A program made the position numbers and the translations under genes. From the sequence record LR756508.1: a stretch of 64,000 nt of DNA. One strand, 5' to 3'. The notes under the pieces are model-generated. The model did not search any database. It had not been told where the DNA came from and saw only the letters and a program-made list of their open reading frames with translations. This document shows, piece after piece, positions 34,235 to 44,641 of the stretch. Numbering within the stretch: position 1 is the stretch's first letter; each line of letters opens with the position of its first letter.

Positions 34235-34591
34235 TTGGCTAAATTTACCTTAAAAGAAGAAAAAGAAAGAAAATTAAAAAAATATATAGGCTCTGAGTAC
34301 GTAAGAAGAGTTACTTTTTCTTTGACTGAGTCTGCAATAAGTGTTGTGTTTAAAAATGGTAAAAAAGTAAATCTTAAGTTCGGTAAAAACTACCGTTTCG
34401 AAAAGTTGTTTTTAACAAATTCCGAAATTGGAAATTTAAGTTTGAATGGAGTATATCTTGAAGACGGCGATAAGGTAGATAAGGCTATGCTCTCGTTCAT
34501 TTATAATGTTATCAATCGAACAGCAGACTCATTTATTTTCTACTCCGAACAATTAATTAAAGAACTAAATAAAAATCAAATGGATACATAA
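34235..34591 (+). CDS. Hypothetical protein
   Basis: 118-aa ORF, TTG start. Confidence 0.5.
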   Translation: MAKFTLKEEKERKLKKYIGSEYVRRVTFSLTESAISVVFKNGKKVNLKFGKNYRFEKLFLTNSEIGNLSLNGVYLEDGDKVDKAMLSFIYNVINRTADSFIFYSEQLIKELNKNQMDT

Positions 34592-34598
34592 AGATATT

Positions 34599-35744
34599 AT
34601 GGAGAACGAAGTAGAGAATTTAAGCTCCACAGTAAATTACTATAATGAAAACGGTGAGAGTCCAGAGAAACAAAATGAATACTTGACCTACAACGATGTT
34701 CAAATAAGGCCAAAGTACAGTGAGATAGCTTCTCGCTCTAACTGCGATCTGTCAAGTCAGTTCACAAAAAATTATAGTATGGAGGCTCCCTTCATCGCTT
34801 CTCCAATGGACACTGTTTGTGAAGAAGACATGGCTTTTGAAATGTGGAGGCTTGGAGGAGTTGGAATTATTCATCGCTTCGATGAAATTGAAACTCAAGC
34901 TAATCGGGTTAAGGAAGTAATAGATCGATCTGAAAAATACCTGCAAGAAAATAATATTCCCCCTGAAAGCAAACCGAGAAATTTTTCTGCAGCTATTGGA
35001 GCTACAGGTGATTATATGGATCGGGCTCAGGCACTTATTGAAGCTGGTGCAAACGTGCTTCTTTTAGATGTGGCACACGGGCATCATTCTTATCTAAAAA
35101 CTGCCCTGAGTAATTTGAATAATGAGTGGCCTGGTGTGGATTATATCGCAGGTTCTATCGCTACCAAATCTGCCGCTAAAGACCTTATTGACTGGGGAGC
35201 AGATTCTATAAGAGGAGGTCAGGGCAATGGCTCAATGTGCGAAACTCGAATCAGGACGGGAATTGGAGTTCCTCAAGTTTCTGCATTGAGGGAAATATCG
35301 AATGCGGTAAAAGATAAAGATCAAAATATCCCAATTATTGCAGATGGTGGAATCAAAAATCCTGGTGATCTAGCGAAAGCCGTCGCCTCTGGCGCATCTT
35401 CTGGAATGCTTGGATCTGTTTTTAGCGGAACGAAGGAAACGCCAGGTTCTATTCAAAGAAAAGGGATGTGGCCTGACGAGGAACTTTTTAAGCAGTATAG
35501 AGGATCTGCTTCGTTTTCAAGCAAAAAAGATAGGGAGGAAGAGACTAAAAATATCGAGGGAAACGCAAAAACTGTAAAATATAAAGGAAAAACAAAGAGA
35601 ATTTTTAGAGGCTTGAAAGAGGGCCTCCAGTCTTCTATGAGTTATGTCGGAGTAGATAATATTTCAGACTTTCAAAAAGAGGCTGAACTTTTGAGGGTAA
35701 CGAACGCAGGTCACGCAGAAGGAACACCACATGGTAAGGACTAA
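34599..35744 (+). CDS. IMP dehydrogenase / GMP reductase family enzyme (no CBS domains)
   Basis: LTYNDV, ASPMDTV, LDVAHG, GNGSMCETR (catalytic Cys), IADGG, YRGSAS, VKYKG. Confidence 0.9.
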   Translation: MENEVENLSSTVNYYNENGESPEKQNEYLTYNDVQIRPKYSEIASRSNCDLSSQFTKNYSMEAPFIASPMDTVCEEDMAFEMWRLGGVGIIHRFDEIETQANRVKEVIDRSEKYLQENNIPPESKPRNFSAAIGATGDYMDRAQALIEAGANVLLLDVAHGHHSYLKTALSNLNNEWPGVDYIAGSIATKSAAKDLIDWGADSIRGGQGNGSMCETRIRTGIGVPQVSALREISNAVKDKDQNIPIIADGGIKNPGDLAKAVASGASSGMLGSVFSGTKETPGSIQRKGMWPDEELFKQYRGSASFSSKKDREEETKNIEGNAKTVKYKGKTKRIFRGLKEGLQSSMSYVGVDNISDFQKEAELLRVTNAGHAEGTPHGKD

Positions 35745-35839
35745 TGATTTTTGTCTCGATAAAGAAATATTAAGTAACCGTATACCTTAAACTAAGAGTT
35801 TAATTTTTAAGTTGAAAATGTTAGCTAAAGAGAAATATA

Positions 35840-36019
35840 ATGAGTGGAGAAGATGAAAATAACGGCGAAGAAAGCATAGCTGATAAGCTCGGTGAAAAAC
35901 TTGACAACGCTTATAATTCAGGAAACAAATCTTACGAGATGAAAGTAAGAGATGGTGCTTATTGGAAGAAGGTTCAAAGATATAGTAAGTTAAAAGATAT
36001 CATAGAAGGAAATATCTAA
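35840..36019 (+). CDS. Small hypothetical protein (59 aa)
   Basis: MSGEDENNGEESIADKLGEKL...IIEGNI; fills the gap exactly up to the helicase start. Confidence 0.6.
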   Translation: MSGEDENNGEESIADKLGEKLDNAYNSGNKSYEMKVRDGAYWKKVQRYSKLKDIIEGNI

Positions 36020-36022
36020 AAA

Positions 36023-37315
36023 GTGAGATCAAAAAAGTTTAAATCTATAGAACTTACTGATGATCAAAAGCAAGCTATAGAAGAAATAAAGAAGAATCTT
36101 TTTGGGGGAGACGGAATCGCAACTCTTAAAGGATTCGCAGGAGCGGGGAAAACAACCTGCATACAGAAAATTATAGATGAGATTGAAAGTAATTTAAATG
36201 AAATTTATCTTTTAGCTCCCACGCATAAAGCCGCCGAGGTGCTTGGCAGAAGAACGAAAAAGTCAGTAAATACCGTACACTCTGCTTTTGGCTTAAGGCC
36301 AGAGTGGGACGGTGAAGGCGGATATAAATTTGTAAAGACCGGTGACGAGCCTACTAACTTCATATACAAAAGTCTTCTGGCTATCGATGAGGCTTCAATG
36401 ATCGATGACCGCCTTTACAACTACATAATTAATGCGAAAAACCAGTATAATTTAAAGATTTTGTTCTGTGGAGATCCTGCTCAACTTCCTCCAGTAAACC
36501 ATGAAATGTCGCCAGCATTAAAACATGATGGTTTCACTTTAGACGAAATTGTCCGCCAAGAAAAAGGTAATCCTATTCTTTCAACCTCTCAGGAGGTAAG
36601 AAAAAATGGATTAAGCCATAGTTTTAAAGAAAAAGTTACCTCCGATGGAGATGGAGTTTATGTTTTGGACGACGTAGGTGAGTTTTTTGAAAGTGCGTTA
36701 GCTGACTTCGATACACCGAGATACAAAGATACTGGCGACTTTAATAGAGTTCTTGTTTATAGAAATGACACGGTTGATGAGTATAATCAGACTTTCCGCT
36801 CTGCTCTTTATAACGACGCTAATATCGAGTATTTAGAAAGCGAGTGGCTCGTGTGTAGGGAACCCTGGACTCCCATTAGCTCTGGCAAAGAATATGAGCC
36901 TATCATCCAGAATTCGGAAGAGATCGTAATTAAAGACAGAGATATAATCATCCAGGATGGATGGATCGCCTGGGAATTAATTGTTGGATCTTATCCAGGT
37001 TCCAAAGACGAAAGAAGAATTAAAGTTCTTCACAAGTCTGAGCAGAATCGATACGATAGAAAACTCGAAAAACTGAAGCAAAAAGCCCTGGAAGATGAAT
37101 ACAGGTGGCCTGAATACTACGACCTCAAAGAAAAGTTTGCTAACGTAGATTACAATTACGCGCAGACAACTCATACCGCCCAGGGCTCTACTTTTAATAG
37201 AGTTTATGTTGACACACGTGACCTTAAAGCTTGTTACCGAAAAGAAGAAAGAAATTCATTAGCATACGTGGCGTGTTCTCGACCTTCTCACAGGCTAAAC
37301 ATACTCACACGTTAA
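36023..37315 (+). CDS. dda: SF1B DNA helicase, Dda/RecD-like
   Basis: GFAGAGKT, APTHKAA, IDEAS, GDPAQLPPV, RQ, YAQTTHTAQGSTF, YVACSR. Confidence 0.9.
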   Translation: MRSKKFKSIELTDDQKQAIEEIKKNLFGGDGIATLKGFAGAGKTTCIQKIIDEIESNLNEIYLLAPTHKAAEVLGRRTKKSVNTVHSAFGLRPEWDGEGGYKFVKTGDEPTNFIYKSLLAIDEASMIDDRLYNYIINAKNQYNLKILFCGDPAQLPPVNHEMSPALKHDGFTLDEIVRQEKGNPILSTSQEVRKNGLSHSFKEKVTSDGDGVYVLDDVGEFFESALADFDTPRYKDTGDFNRVLVYRNDTVDEYNQTFRSALYNDANIEYLESEWLVCREPWTPISSGKEYEPIIQNSEEIVIKDRDIIIQDGWIAWELIVGSYPGSKDERRIKVLHKSEQNRYDRKLEKLKQKALEDEYRWPEYYDLKEKFANVDYNYAQTTHTAQGSTFNRVYVDTRDLKACYRKEERNSLAYVACSRPSHRLNILTR

Positions 37316-37330
37316 CAAAAAAATTAAAGT

Positions 37331-37987
37331 ATGAAATTGAGCACTGATTCAGAGTTCTACAACTTTATTGACCAAAATATGGAAAAATCTGGAGACCTAA
37401 AAAAAGTAATAAAAGACCTCTCCAATGTTAGTATTGATGAAGAAAATCTGGTTAGTTATTACGAAGATAATCTTGGAAAGGTGTATTCTAACCCAACTGG
37501 ATTTATTTCCTATTCCAAAGACCTGGTAAATACTGTAAATCACTATTTTGAAGAATACAACTTTGAGTTTGAAGCTTCAGAGTGTGTTCGAGTGCTTATT
37601 TTTGAAGCTCTAACTGCGTTTGTAGAAGAAAAGATTGAAAGCGGTGAGTTGAATGACAACAACCTTGTCTTGTATTACCTGCAGCAGTCTGGTGTAGAGC
37701 TTTCCTATAATGAATTTCAATACCTGTCTCCTACTGGACTAATCGATGATCTCCAGTTTACAAAGTTTACTTATGGGTTGAAATCTACTCTCTCCGTGAT
37801 TTCAGAGCGCGAAAGTAGCGGTTATGAAGAAGTGAATGAAGTCAAGGAACAAAAAGAAGAAGACGCGGTAGAAGAATTTGGAAAAGATGAAATGTATGAT
37901 GGCGAGAGCGAAACTGACGAAGAACCTGTTGAAAACGATAAAGAAAAAGAGGCGGCTGCATCTTTTGATGAACTGTTCAACGAGTAG
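37331..37987 (+). CDS. Acidic hypothetical protein
   Basis: 218-aa ORF with acidic tail ending SFDELFNE. Confidence 0.65.
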   Translation: MKLSTDSEFYNFIDQNMEKSGDLKKVIKDLSNVSIDEENLVSYYEDNLGKVYSNPTGFISYSKDLVNTVNHYFEEYNFEFEASECVRVLIFEALTAFVEEKIESGELNDNNLVLYYLQQSGVELSYNEFQYLSPTGLIDDLQFTKFTYGLKSTLSVISERESSGYEEVNEVKEQKEEDAVEEFGKDEMYDGESETDEEPVENDKEKEAAASFDELFNE

Positions 37988-37993
37988 AATATT

Positions 37994-38317
37994 ATGGGTA
38001 TTTATACAATCGTAATTGGAGCACTAAGCATTTTTCTTTTACTTTCTCTTTACGTAAATTACCAGTTATACAAGAAAGTATTGTTTTTTGAAAACTGGTA
38101 TGAGAATTTTGCGAACGTAGTAGAGACAATCTATGAAAACATGCAGATTATGGACAAGAGGGGAGTAATGGAAAGCGACGATGAATTTGCTGCCTTTTTC
38201 GAGGCAATGAAAGATATGATGATTGAACTTTTTTCTATGGGGTTTTATAGTCCAGAAGAAATTGAAAATCTTGAATCTGAATCGTCTGAACCGAACGAAA
38301 ACCAGCCTCAAAGTTAG
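37994..38317 (+). CDS. Membrane-anchored hypothetical protein
   Basis: N-terminal TM helix. Confidence 0.65.
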   Translation: MGIYTIVIGALSIFLLLSLYVNYQLYKKVLFFENWYENFANVVETIYENMQIMDKRGVMESDDEFAAFFEAMKDMMIELFSMGFYSPEEIENLESESSEPNENQPQS

Positions 38318-38320
38318 TTA

Positions 38321-39031
38321 ATGAGTAAAGATAATTACTATTTTGATCAAGATACCGAAGATGCGATTGTTGAGTATAACAATACTGACAATCCGAGGGA
38401 GCGCTCGATTCTTTATAAAAAAGAAATCCATCCTGCATTCAAAAAGATTGCAGAAAATATAATTAACACCTTTAATTATTCTTATTTTGATGTTTCTCAA
38501 AATGACGTTGAAAACCGGATCGTATCTCATCTTGTAGAAAAGATGCACATGTATGACCCTGAAAAAGCGAAAGCTTTTTCATACTTTTCTAAAATAGCTA
38601 AAAATTATTGTATTCGACATAACAAGAAAAACTATAAGAGGTATAAAAAAGAAGTTCGGATTGATAAAGAAGATCTTGACTTTGATATCGAGGACGATTT
38701 TGATATTAGGGAGGAGATTCAAGAGCAAGAGTTCTTTGACCAGCTAATTAATCACTGGGAAGATAATATTACAAACATGTTCTCAAAAGAGAGGGACATT
38801 CGAATTGCCGACGCTGTTTTGGAACTTTTCAAAAAACGAAAAAACATTGAGACGTTCAATAAAAAGGCACTTTACATTATGATTCGAGAAATGGCCGGAG
38901 TTGAGAGAACTCAGCACATAACAAAGGTTGTGAAGAAGTTTAAAGATCAGTTTTTTGAACTGTCAAAAAGGTATCATAGTGGCGTCGGTATTGAGGATAA
39001 AAATGAGTTTTCTCAGAAGTTTTTCGGCTAG
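38321..39031 (+). CDS. Phage sigma factor for late transcription (gp55-like)
   Basis: YYFDQDTEDAIVEYN, YDPEKAKAFSYFSKIAKNY region-2-like motif. Confidence 0.72.
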   Translation: MSKDNYYFDQDTEDAIVEYNNTDNPRERSILYKKEIHPAFKKIAENIINTFNYSYFDVSQNDVENRIVSHLVEKMHMYDPEKAKAFSYFSKIAKNYCIRHNKKNYKRYKKEVRIDKEDLDFDIEDDFDIREEIQEQEFFDQLINHWEDNITNMFSKERDIRIADAVLELFKKRKNIETFNKKALYIMIREMAGVERTQHITKVVKKFKDQFFELSKRYHSGVGIEDKNEFSQKFFG

Positions 39032-39062
39032 TTGTAATTTCCAAAATAAAAATCTTGATTTG

Positions 39063-39089
39063 GGGAGTTCCGAGAGGAACTCCCTTTTT
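39063..39089 (+). terminator. Intrinsic terminator
   Basis: GGGAGTTCC-GAGA-GGAACTCCC-TTTTT. Confidence 0.85.
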
Positions 39090-39152
39090 CTTCTGCTTGG
39101 TACTTAATATCTGAGTGCAGAGGTTTATTTTTTAAGTAAAAGAGAAAGGGTC

Positions 39153-39575
39153 ATTGACACTTCTAGCATAAAAATTTTCAAAAATAAAAACTTAGATGAT
39201 CTGTTAGAAGATGTTTATGATAACTCCGTTCAAACAAGTGAACGTATTGATAAACTGATAGATCAGTTAGCTGATTTAATTGAAAAGCCAGAACATGCAA
39301 ATATTATTGTTCCTTTGATTAAAGAGTATTTGGAAGTTGATATAAGTAACGATAAACAACTCATTGAGATAGCCAAAATCGTCCAGCGGTTAGAGTCTGC
39401 TTATGTCCGTTCTCCCGATGAGGGCGGTGGTTCTGGGCCACAGCTTAGTGATAATGAAAAAAATCAGATTAGGCAAAAAATTGATGCGTTTAAGGAGGAA
39501 AAGGAAGAAGATTTAAAAGAGTTGAAAAAGAAAAAAGAAGAGGTTGTCGATGACGTCGAGGAAGACAAAAATTAA
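39153..39575 (+). CDS. Conserved hypothetical protein (probable ATT start)
   Basis: Frame is open from 39108; coding-like sequence DTSSIKIFKNKNLDDLLEDVYDNS precedes the track start at 39315. Confidence 0.65.
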   Translation: MDTSSIKIFKNKNLDDLLEDVYDNSVQTSERIDKLIDQLADLIEKPEHANIIVPLIKEYLEVDISNDKQLIEIAKIVQRLESAYVRSPDEGGGSGPQLSDNEKNQIRQKIDAFKEEKEEDLKELKKKKEEVVDDVEEDKN

Positions 39576-39583
39576 GTTTGTCA

Positions 39584-41035
39584 ATGGCTTACTTTCAAAA
39601 TGATTCAAGGCAGGTAAGAAAAAGCAGGCAAAAGAGCCTCGGCACTAGCTCTTCAAAAGCGCAAAGAAGCACCCAGCACAAATTTTATGAGTTGGAGCCT
39701 GCCGAGGTTATTGACGTAATTCGAACACCCGACCATCCTGCCCATGACAGTTACGAAGACGTCGGCAAAGCTAAAGTTAGGATGGTTCATTCTGACTTTA
39801 ACCAGACAAAAGATTCTCTCGTCTGGGCAAAGCCTATTGAGCCTAATAGGAGAGGATATCCAATGAAGCATGAGGTAGTGGTTATAGCAAAATACCTCGC
39901 AAACTATTTTTATACACACCGAATCAATTTTCTTTCCAATATTAATCATAACGAAGATACCTGGATATCGATAAACTACCAGAAACACAAAAAGAAAAAT
40001 AAATCTAGAAATTATGAAAAGAGGGCAGCAGGGAGTACTCGAAATCAAAATATAGAGCCAGATCCGCCACTCGGAGATATTTTTGTAAGAGATGATGAAA
40101 ATAAACCTTTAATTCATGAAGAGGGAGACATAATTTTGGAAGGAAGGTTCGGAAATTCAATTCGGTTTGGAAGTAACCAGAACACACACAATCCTCTTAT
40201 AAAAATAAGATGTGGACAGTATCCTGAAGCTGACAACAAAGATTACTTGGAGCCGATCTTTGAAGATCTAAACAAAGATGCCTCTTCAATTTATCTTACT
40301 GAGGACGAACCCCTTGATCTGAAGCCTGCAACGAGGGATATGTCTTCGCATTATTTTTCTGTAAAGTATTCCGACGATAAACCACCCCCTGATCCTGCTA
40401 AGAAAGACAACAAATGGGAAGGTAAGCAGATTATTGAGAATTCCGACAGGATCGTGTTAAACACGAAAGTAAATCAGCTTGTTACGTTCTCGAAGGATTC
40501 AACCCATATGCTTTCTAATGAAGATTTTACGAAAGACATAGAACGAGATTATATATCTAAGGTCGTTAGGGATCGGTATCATGAAACTGACAGGGACTTC
40601 ACAAGACTTACGAAAGGTAATCATAAGGGTCTTACAAGGGGACATAGAAGAATTTATGTGAATGCAGAAGAGTATCATGCGGCAGGCGACTCGTTTATTG
40701 TCGAGGTGCCGCAGTCATTTCTTTTTACTGGCGGTGGCACTTTTGCGAATTCTTCGGGGAGTGAGGACCGAAATAGTGGAAAAGAACCGCCCACCGTTCC
40801 CTCTTCTCCAGGGTTTGATACTGAAGAACCACATGCTCTAGGTTGGAGTCTAGCCGATTTTCTTCGGAGGATGATTTCTTGGATTGATCAGCATACACAC
40901 CCCTCTCCTGTTGGGCCAACTGGACCCCCTCCTCCTACAAGTCCGGGAGGACCTTTAAAGGGTTATATGCCCGGAGCGACAAATCAGGATATTGATCGTC
41001 AGATTAATAGCGACAATCACTGGTTACAAAGATAG
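39584..41035 (+). CDS. Baseplate central spike / gp5-like protein
   Basis: N-terminal OB-fold-like region, EGDIILEGRFGNSIRFGS, beta-helix-like repeats, C-terminal HTHPSPVGPTGPP tip motif. Confidence 0.7.
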   Translation: MAYFQNDSRQVRKSRQKSLGTSSSKAQRSTQHKFYELEPAEVIDVIRTPDHPAHDSYEDVGKAKVRMVHSDFNQTKDSLVWAKPIEPNRRGYPMKHEVVVIAKYLANYFYTHRINFLSNINHNEDTWISINYQKHKKKNKSRNYEKRAAGSTRNQNIEPDPPLGDIFVRDDENKPLIHEEGDIILEGRFGNSIRFGSNQNTHNPLIKIRCGQYPEADNKDYLEPIFEDLNKDASSIYLTEDEPLDLKPATRDMSSHYFSVKYSDDKPPPDPAKKDNKWEGKQIIENSDRIVLNTKVNQLVTFSKDSTHMLSNEDFTKDIERDYISKVVRDRYHETDRDFTRLTKGNHKGLTRGHRRIYVNAEEYHAAGDSFIVEVPQSFLFTGGGTFANSSGSEDRNSGKEPPTVPSSPGFDTEEPHALGWSLADFLRRMISWIDQHTHPSPVGPTGPPPPTSPGGPLKGYMPGATNQDIDRQINSDNHWLQR

Positions 41036-41038
41036 AAA

Positions 41039-41566
41039 ATGGCAGTAAGTCCAACCCCTTTAATCAATACATTTAAGAATAACAGGGATGCGCCTCGAAC
41101 TCAACCAGTTGATATCGCTAAGCAGATTACCGACTGGTATCACAAAGAGGTTTTTGCAAAAAACACTGAGAACCAGTATAACAATCCACCTCTAAGTGTG
41201 AATAAAGGCGCGTTTTATTCTGCTTTAGCTCCCGCATACGTCGACGTGGAGAGCAGTATGAAATCTGCTAATCCCTCGCAGCTTATCACTATAGCTGGAG
41301 CACATGAAGCAGCTTCGCTGGCTTATTGGAGTGGAGCACTGATGCAGAAAACAAATCCACCACCACCAGCAGTGGCTATACAAGAGCATCCAGTCGTAAA
41401 CCCAGGGTCTTTTTCGGTTGGCCTACCAGAGATTAATAGTATCGAGGGATACTGTGGACTTTTAGCTGATGCTCATACAAAACACTTACTTACTGTTCAA
41501 GGAAAAGCTGTTTCTCAAATGCCTGATGGATCAATTCAAGATTTTCCCTGGACTGGAATCGGCTAA
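41039..41566 (+). CDS. Putative virion structural protein
   Basis: Position in the baseplate cluster; ends PWTGIG. Confidence 0.55.
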   Translation: MAVSPTPLINTFKNNRDAPRTQPVDIAKQITDWYHKEVFAKNTENQYNNPPLSVNKGAFYSALAPAYVDVESSMKSANPSQLITIAGAHEAASLAYWSGALMQKTNPPPPAVAIQEHPVVNPGSFSVGLPEINSIEGYCGLLADAHTKHLLTVQGKAVSQMPDGSIQDFPWTGIG

Positions 41567-41648
41567 AAAATTTTAGACATGTACTTAAAGTCAGGTGATC
41601 AAAAAAATTCTAAATAGAAGTTATCTAATCAAATATTTTTGATAAACT

Positions 41649-42320
41649 ATGGGTCAGAAAAAAAAGCTGGCAAAATTTATAAAGAAGATTGTTAAAGAAG
41701 AAGTTAAAAAACAACTGGAAAAGCAGAAGACTGATATTATATCTGAGGTCCTGAGCTACGTAGAAAAAAAATCTTTTTCTGGGAGAGAAGATGATGGTTA
41801 TGAAACCGATGATCCTGTTTTACAGCGGGTAATGGAAAAAAACAAAAAGAAAAAAGAAAACGATCCAGTCGAGAAGGCACTTGAAGAAGATCACTCTAGA
41901 GATCCAGAAACAATTAGAGAGAAGATTCTTCAGGTTCAGCAAAATGCACAGGAGCAAGGTGGACAGCAGATGAATCCCATGCAACAGCCTGGAGCGCAGC
42001 AACCTGCGAGTTCACAGGCAGGTGGAATGGGAGATCCTCGATCTAATCCATCGCAGCAAGCTGGAATGGGGCAGCAGCAACAAAGACCTCAAGGGCAGAC
42101 GCCTAATCCAGCCAACCCTGCTCAGGGAGGTCAGCAAGGTCCTGGTGGAGAACCAGAGATTCCTTCTCAAGATGAGTTCACTCCATCCAATCCTCAGCAG
42201 GCACGTGAACAGCATGGTCAACAGCAGGCCGTTGATCCTAATCGCAGTGACGTGCCTGATTATCTGCAAAATGCGGCGAACAGAGATTATTCAGAACTTG
42301 TAAATAGGTTTGGAGATTAA
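41649..42320 (+). CDS. Hypothetical protein with Q/P/G-rich disordered region
   Basis: N-terminal IKKIVKEEVKKQL, central QQPG/QQG repeats, C-terminal NRDYSELV. Confidence 0.7.
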   Translation: MGQKKKLAKFIKKIVKEEVKKQLEKQKTDIISEVLSYVEKKSFSGREDDGYETDDPVLQRVMEKNKKKKENDPVEKALEEDHSRDPETIREKILQVQQNAQEQGGQQMNPMQQPGAQQPASSQAGGMGDPRSNPSQQAGMGQQQQRPQGQTPNPANPAQGGQQGPGGEPEIPSQDEFTPSNPQQAREQHGQQQAVDPNRSDVPDYLQNAANRDYSELVNRFGD

Positions 42321-42322
42321 TT

Positions 42323-42724
42323 ATGCCAGAAAACAATGACGTTTCTATTGGAATGAACTATCCCATTCAAAGATCTGAGGACGGGTATTTTAATAAGACA
42401 TACACCTCCCTACAGGAAGTTAAGGTTAATATTCTTAATGTCCTTGCTACTCGGAGAGGAGAGAGGGTAATGAAACCGAATTTTGGAAGTGACCTTCACC
42501 TGATTGTTTTTGAGCAGTCTACAAGAGACTTAGAAGAAGCAGTTGAAGAAGAGATTACGAACGTAATTGATCGATGGGTCCCACAGGCTTCTATAAACAC
42601 AATTAACGTAGAAAGAAAACCTAAACAAAATTCAGTTCTTACGGAAATTACTTTTACTACCCCATTCCTTCCTGATAATAAAGAAGAAAATCTAGAACTT
42701 TGGATTTCCCAAGATCAAGAATAG
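42323..42724 (+). CDS. Baseplate wedge subunit, gp25-like
   Basis: NILNVLATRRGERVMKPNFGSDL...IDRWVP. Confidence 0.9.
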   Translation: MPENNDVSIGMNYPIQRSEDGYFNKTYTSLQEVKVNILNVLATRRGERVMKPNFGSDLHLIVFEQSTRDLEEAVEEEITNVIDRWVPQASINTINVERKPKQNSVLTEITFTTPFLPDNKEENLELWISQDQE

Positions 42725-42733
42725 TGACTGTTG

Positions 42734-44641
42734 ATGGCAAATAATAATGAAAAGGAAGTTCGCTATCTTAATAAGGATTTTGACTCTTTAAAAGATAAAC
42801 TTGAGAACTTCCTCCGAGTATACTATCCCGATACATACAATGATTTCTCTGAGTCCTCGTTAGGATCAATTTACGTTGATCTTGCTGCTTACGTAGGCGA
42901 CGTTCTTTCTTACTATACAGACTCGCAATTTAAAGAGTCGTTGATTCAACATGCAGAAGAAAGGGAGAACATCCATGACCTGGCGAACTCCCTGGGTTAT
43001 CGCCCTCAGAATTCGAAACCAGCAGTTACCACACTCGATGTATTTATAGTGCTCCCCGCCAAACAACTAAATGCTTCAGATGATAAAATTATTTTTGGAG
43101 AATCATATCAGGTTGGAGATATTGTTCCAGATTTGAAGTTCGCTCCTATAATTGAGGAAGGAATGGTGATTTCGTCTGATACCAATAGCTCCGTAAAATT
43201 CCGAACTACTAAAGAAATAGATTTCGGAGAAGATAATTTCGATAATCCAGTTGAAGTTAGAATATTTGAGGAGGACAATCAGGGAAACCCTACCTCTTTT
43301 CTTTTAAGAAAAAAAGTGCAGGCAGTAGCAGGATCTATTACGACAGAAAGGTTTGATTTTACTGATCCCATTCAGTTTAATCAAATTGAACTTTCAAGAG
43401 ATAATGTCTTGGAGATTTTAGATGTAAGAGATTCGGATGATAACAAGTGGCACGAAGTTTCTTATTTAGCACAAGACACAATATTTGAGGAGTTTAGAAA
43501 TACAAAACAAGTTGATCCTGATCTCGCCGAAGACGAAGATATTCGTTTTGTATTGGATGCCATCAGGACGCCACGTAGGTTTACGAAGAGGACGAGGTCT
43601 GATGGAACTACCTTACTTCAATTTGGAAGTGGAGTTTCCAAAAACCCCAACCAGAGAATAATTCCAGACGCTAAAAATATAGGAGATCCTACGGCGGATC
43701 CAATAGACAGATTGGACCAGCCAATAGATCCATCTAATTTTCTCCTTAGCGATTCCTATGGTCAAGTTCCGTTTGATACTACGTTAGAGGTTACTTACAC
43801 TTATGGTGGCGGAATCCAATCAAATGTTCCGAACAACGACTTGATAAATGTCGATAGTGCGAGTTTTGACATTGATAATGTCGCGGGCTTAGATCCACAG
43901 ACCATCCAATCAGTTCAAAATTCTCTGGGGGTAGTAAATAAAGAGCCAGCTACTGGTGGAGCTTCAGGAGATACCGTTGAAGAGATTAGGCAGAATGCGA
44001 TGGCATTCTTTTCTGCTCAGGACCGAGCAGTTACGAGAGAAGACTATCGCGTAAGGGCACTGAGCATGCCTGCAAGGTATGGCTCTGTTGCCAAAGTATT
44101 TGTTTCTCCTGATCACCTGCGCAAGGAAGAAAACTTTAGAAAAAACCCCCTCGGAATAGATTTACACGTTTTAGGTTATGATAATAACCAGAACTTAATT
44201 GAGGTTTCCGACACAGTAAAACACAACTTAAAAACTTACCTCTCCCAGTTCCGAATGTTAACCGATGGGGTGAATATAAAGGACGGATATATAATCAACG
44301 TTCAAATTGAATTCGATCTTGTGGTTTTTAATTCTTTTAACCGAAGAGATGTGCTTACAAGATCTATTGATGAGGTAAGAAATATGTTCTCCGTTGAAAA
44401 AAGAAGTTTTAATCAGCCGATAATTCGAGGTGAAATTATAAATCAAATTAACGATGTTGAAGGCGTGCAGAACGTAGCCGATCTGAGAATAAACAACGTG
44501 TTTAATAAGGACGAAGGTTACTCTGGAAATATTTATGATATTGAGTCTGCTACGAAAGACGGTATTATATACCCGTCATTAGATCCATCTGTTTTCGAGG
44601 TTCGGTATCCTAATCGGGATGTAAAAGCGAGAGCCATATAA
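42734..44641 (+). CDS. Baseplate wedge subunit, gp6-like
   Basis: YLNKDFDSLK, YYPDTYNDFSE, AYVGDVLSYY, ATGGASGDTVEEIR, QDRAVTREDY. Confidence 0.88.
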   Translation: MANNNEKEVRYLNKDFDSLKDKLENFLRVYYPDTYNDFSESSLGSIYVDLAAYVGDVLSYYTDSQFKESLIQHAEERENIHDLANSLGYRPQNSKPAVTTLDVFIVLPAKQLNASDDKIIFGESYQVGDIVPDLKFAPIIEEGMVISSDTNSSVKFRTTKEIDFGEDNFDNPVEVRIFEEDNQGNPTSFLLRKKVQAVAGSITTERFDFTDPIQFNQIELSRDNVLEILDVRDSDDNKWHEVSYLAQDTIFEEFRNTKQVDPDLAEDEDIRFVLDAIRTPRRFTKRTRSDGTTLLQFGSGVSKNPNQRIIPDAKNIGDPTADPIDRLDQPIDPSNFLLSDSYGQVPFDTTLEVTYTYGGGIQSNVPNNDLINVDSASFDIDNVAGLDPQTIQSVQNSLGVVNKEPATGGASGDTVEEIRQNAMAFFSAQDRAVTREDYRVRALSMPARYGSVAKVFVSPDHLRKEENFRKNPLGIDLHVLGYDNNQNLIEVSDTVKHNLKTYLSQFRMLTDGVNIKDGYIINVQIEFDLVVFNSFNRRDVLTRSIDEVRNMFSVEKRSFNQPIIRGEIINQINDVEGVQNVADLRINNVFNKDEGYSGNIYDIESATKDGIIYPSLDPSVFEVRYPNRDVKARAI

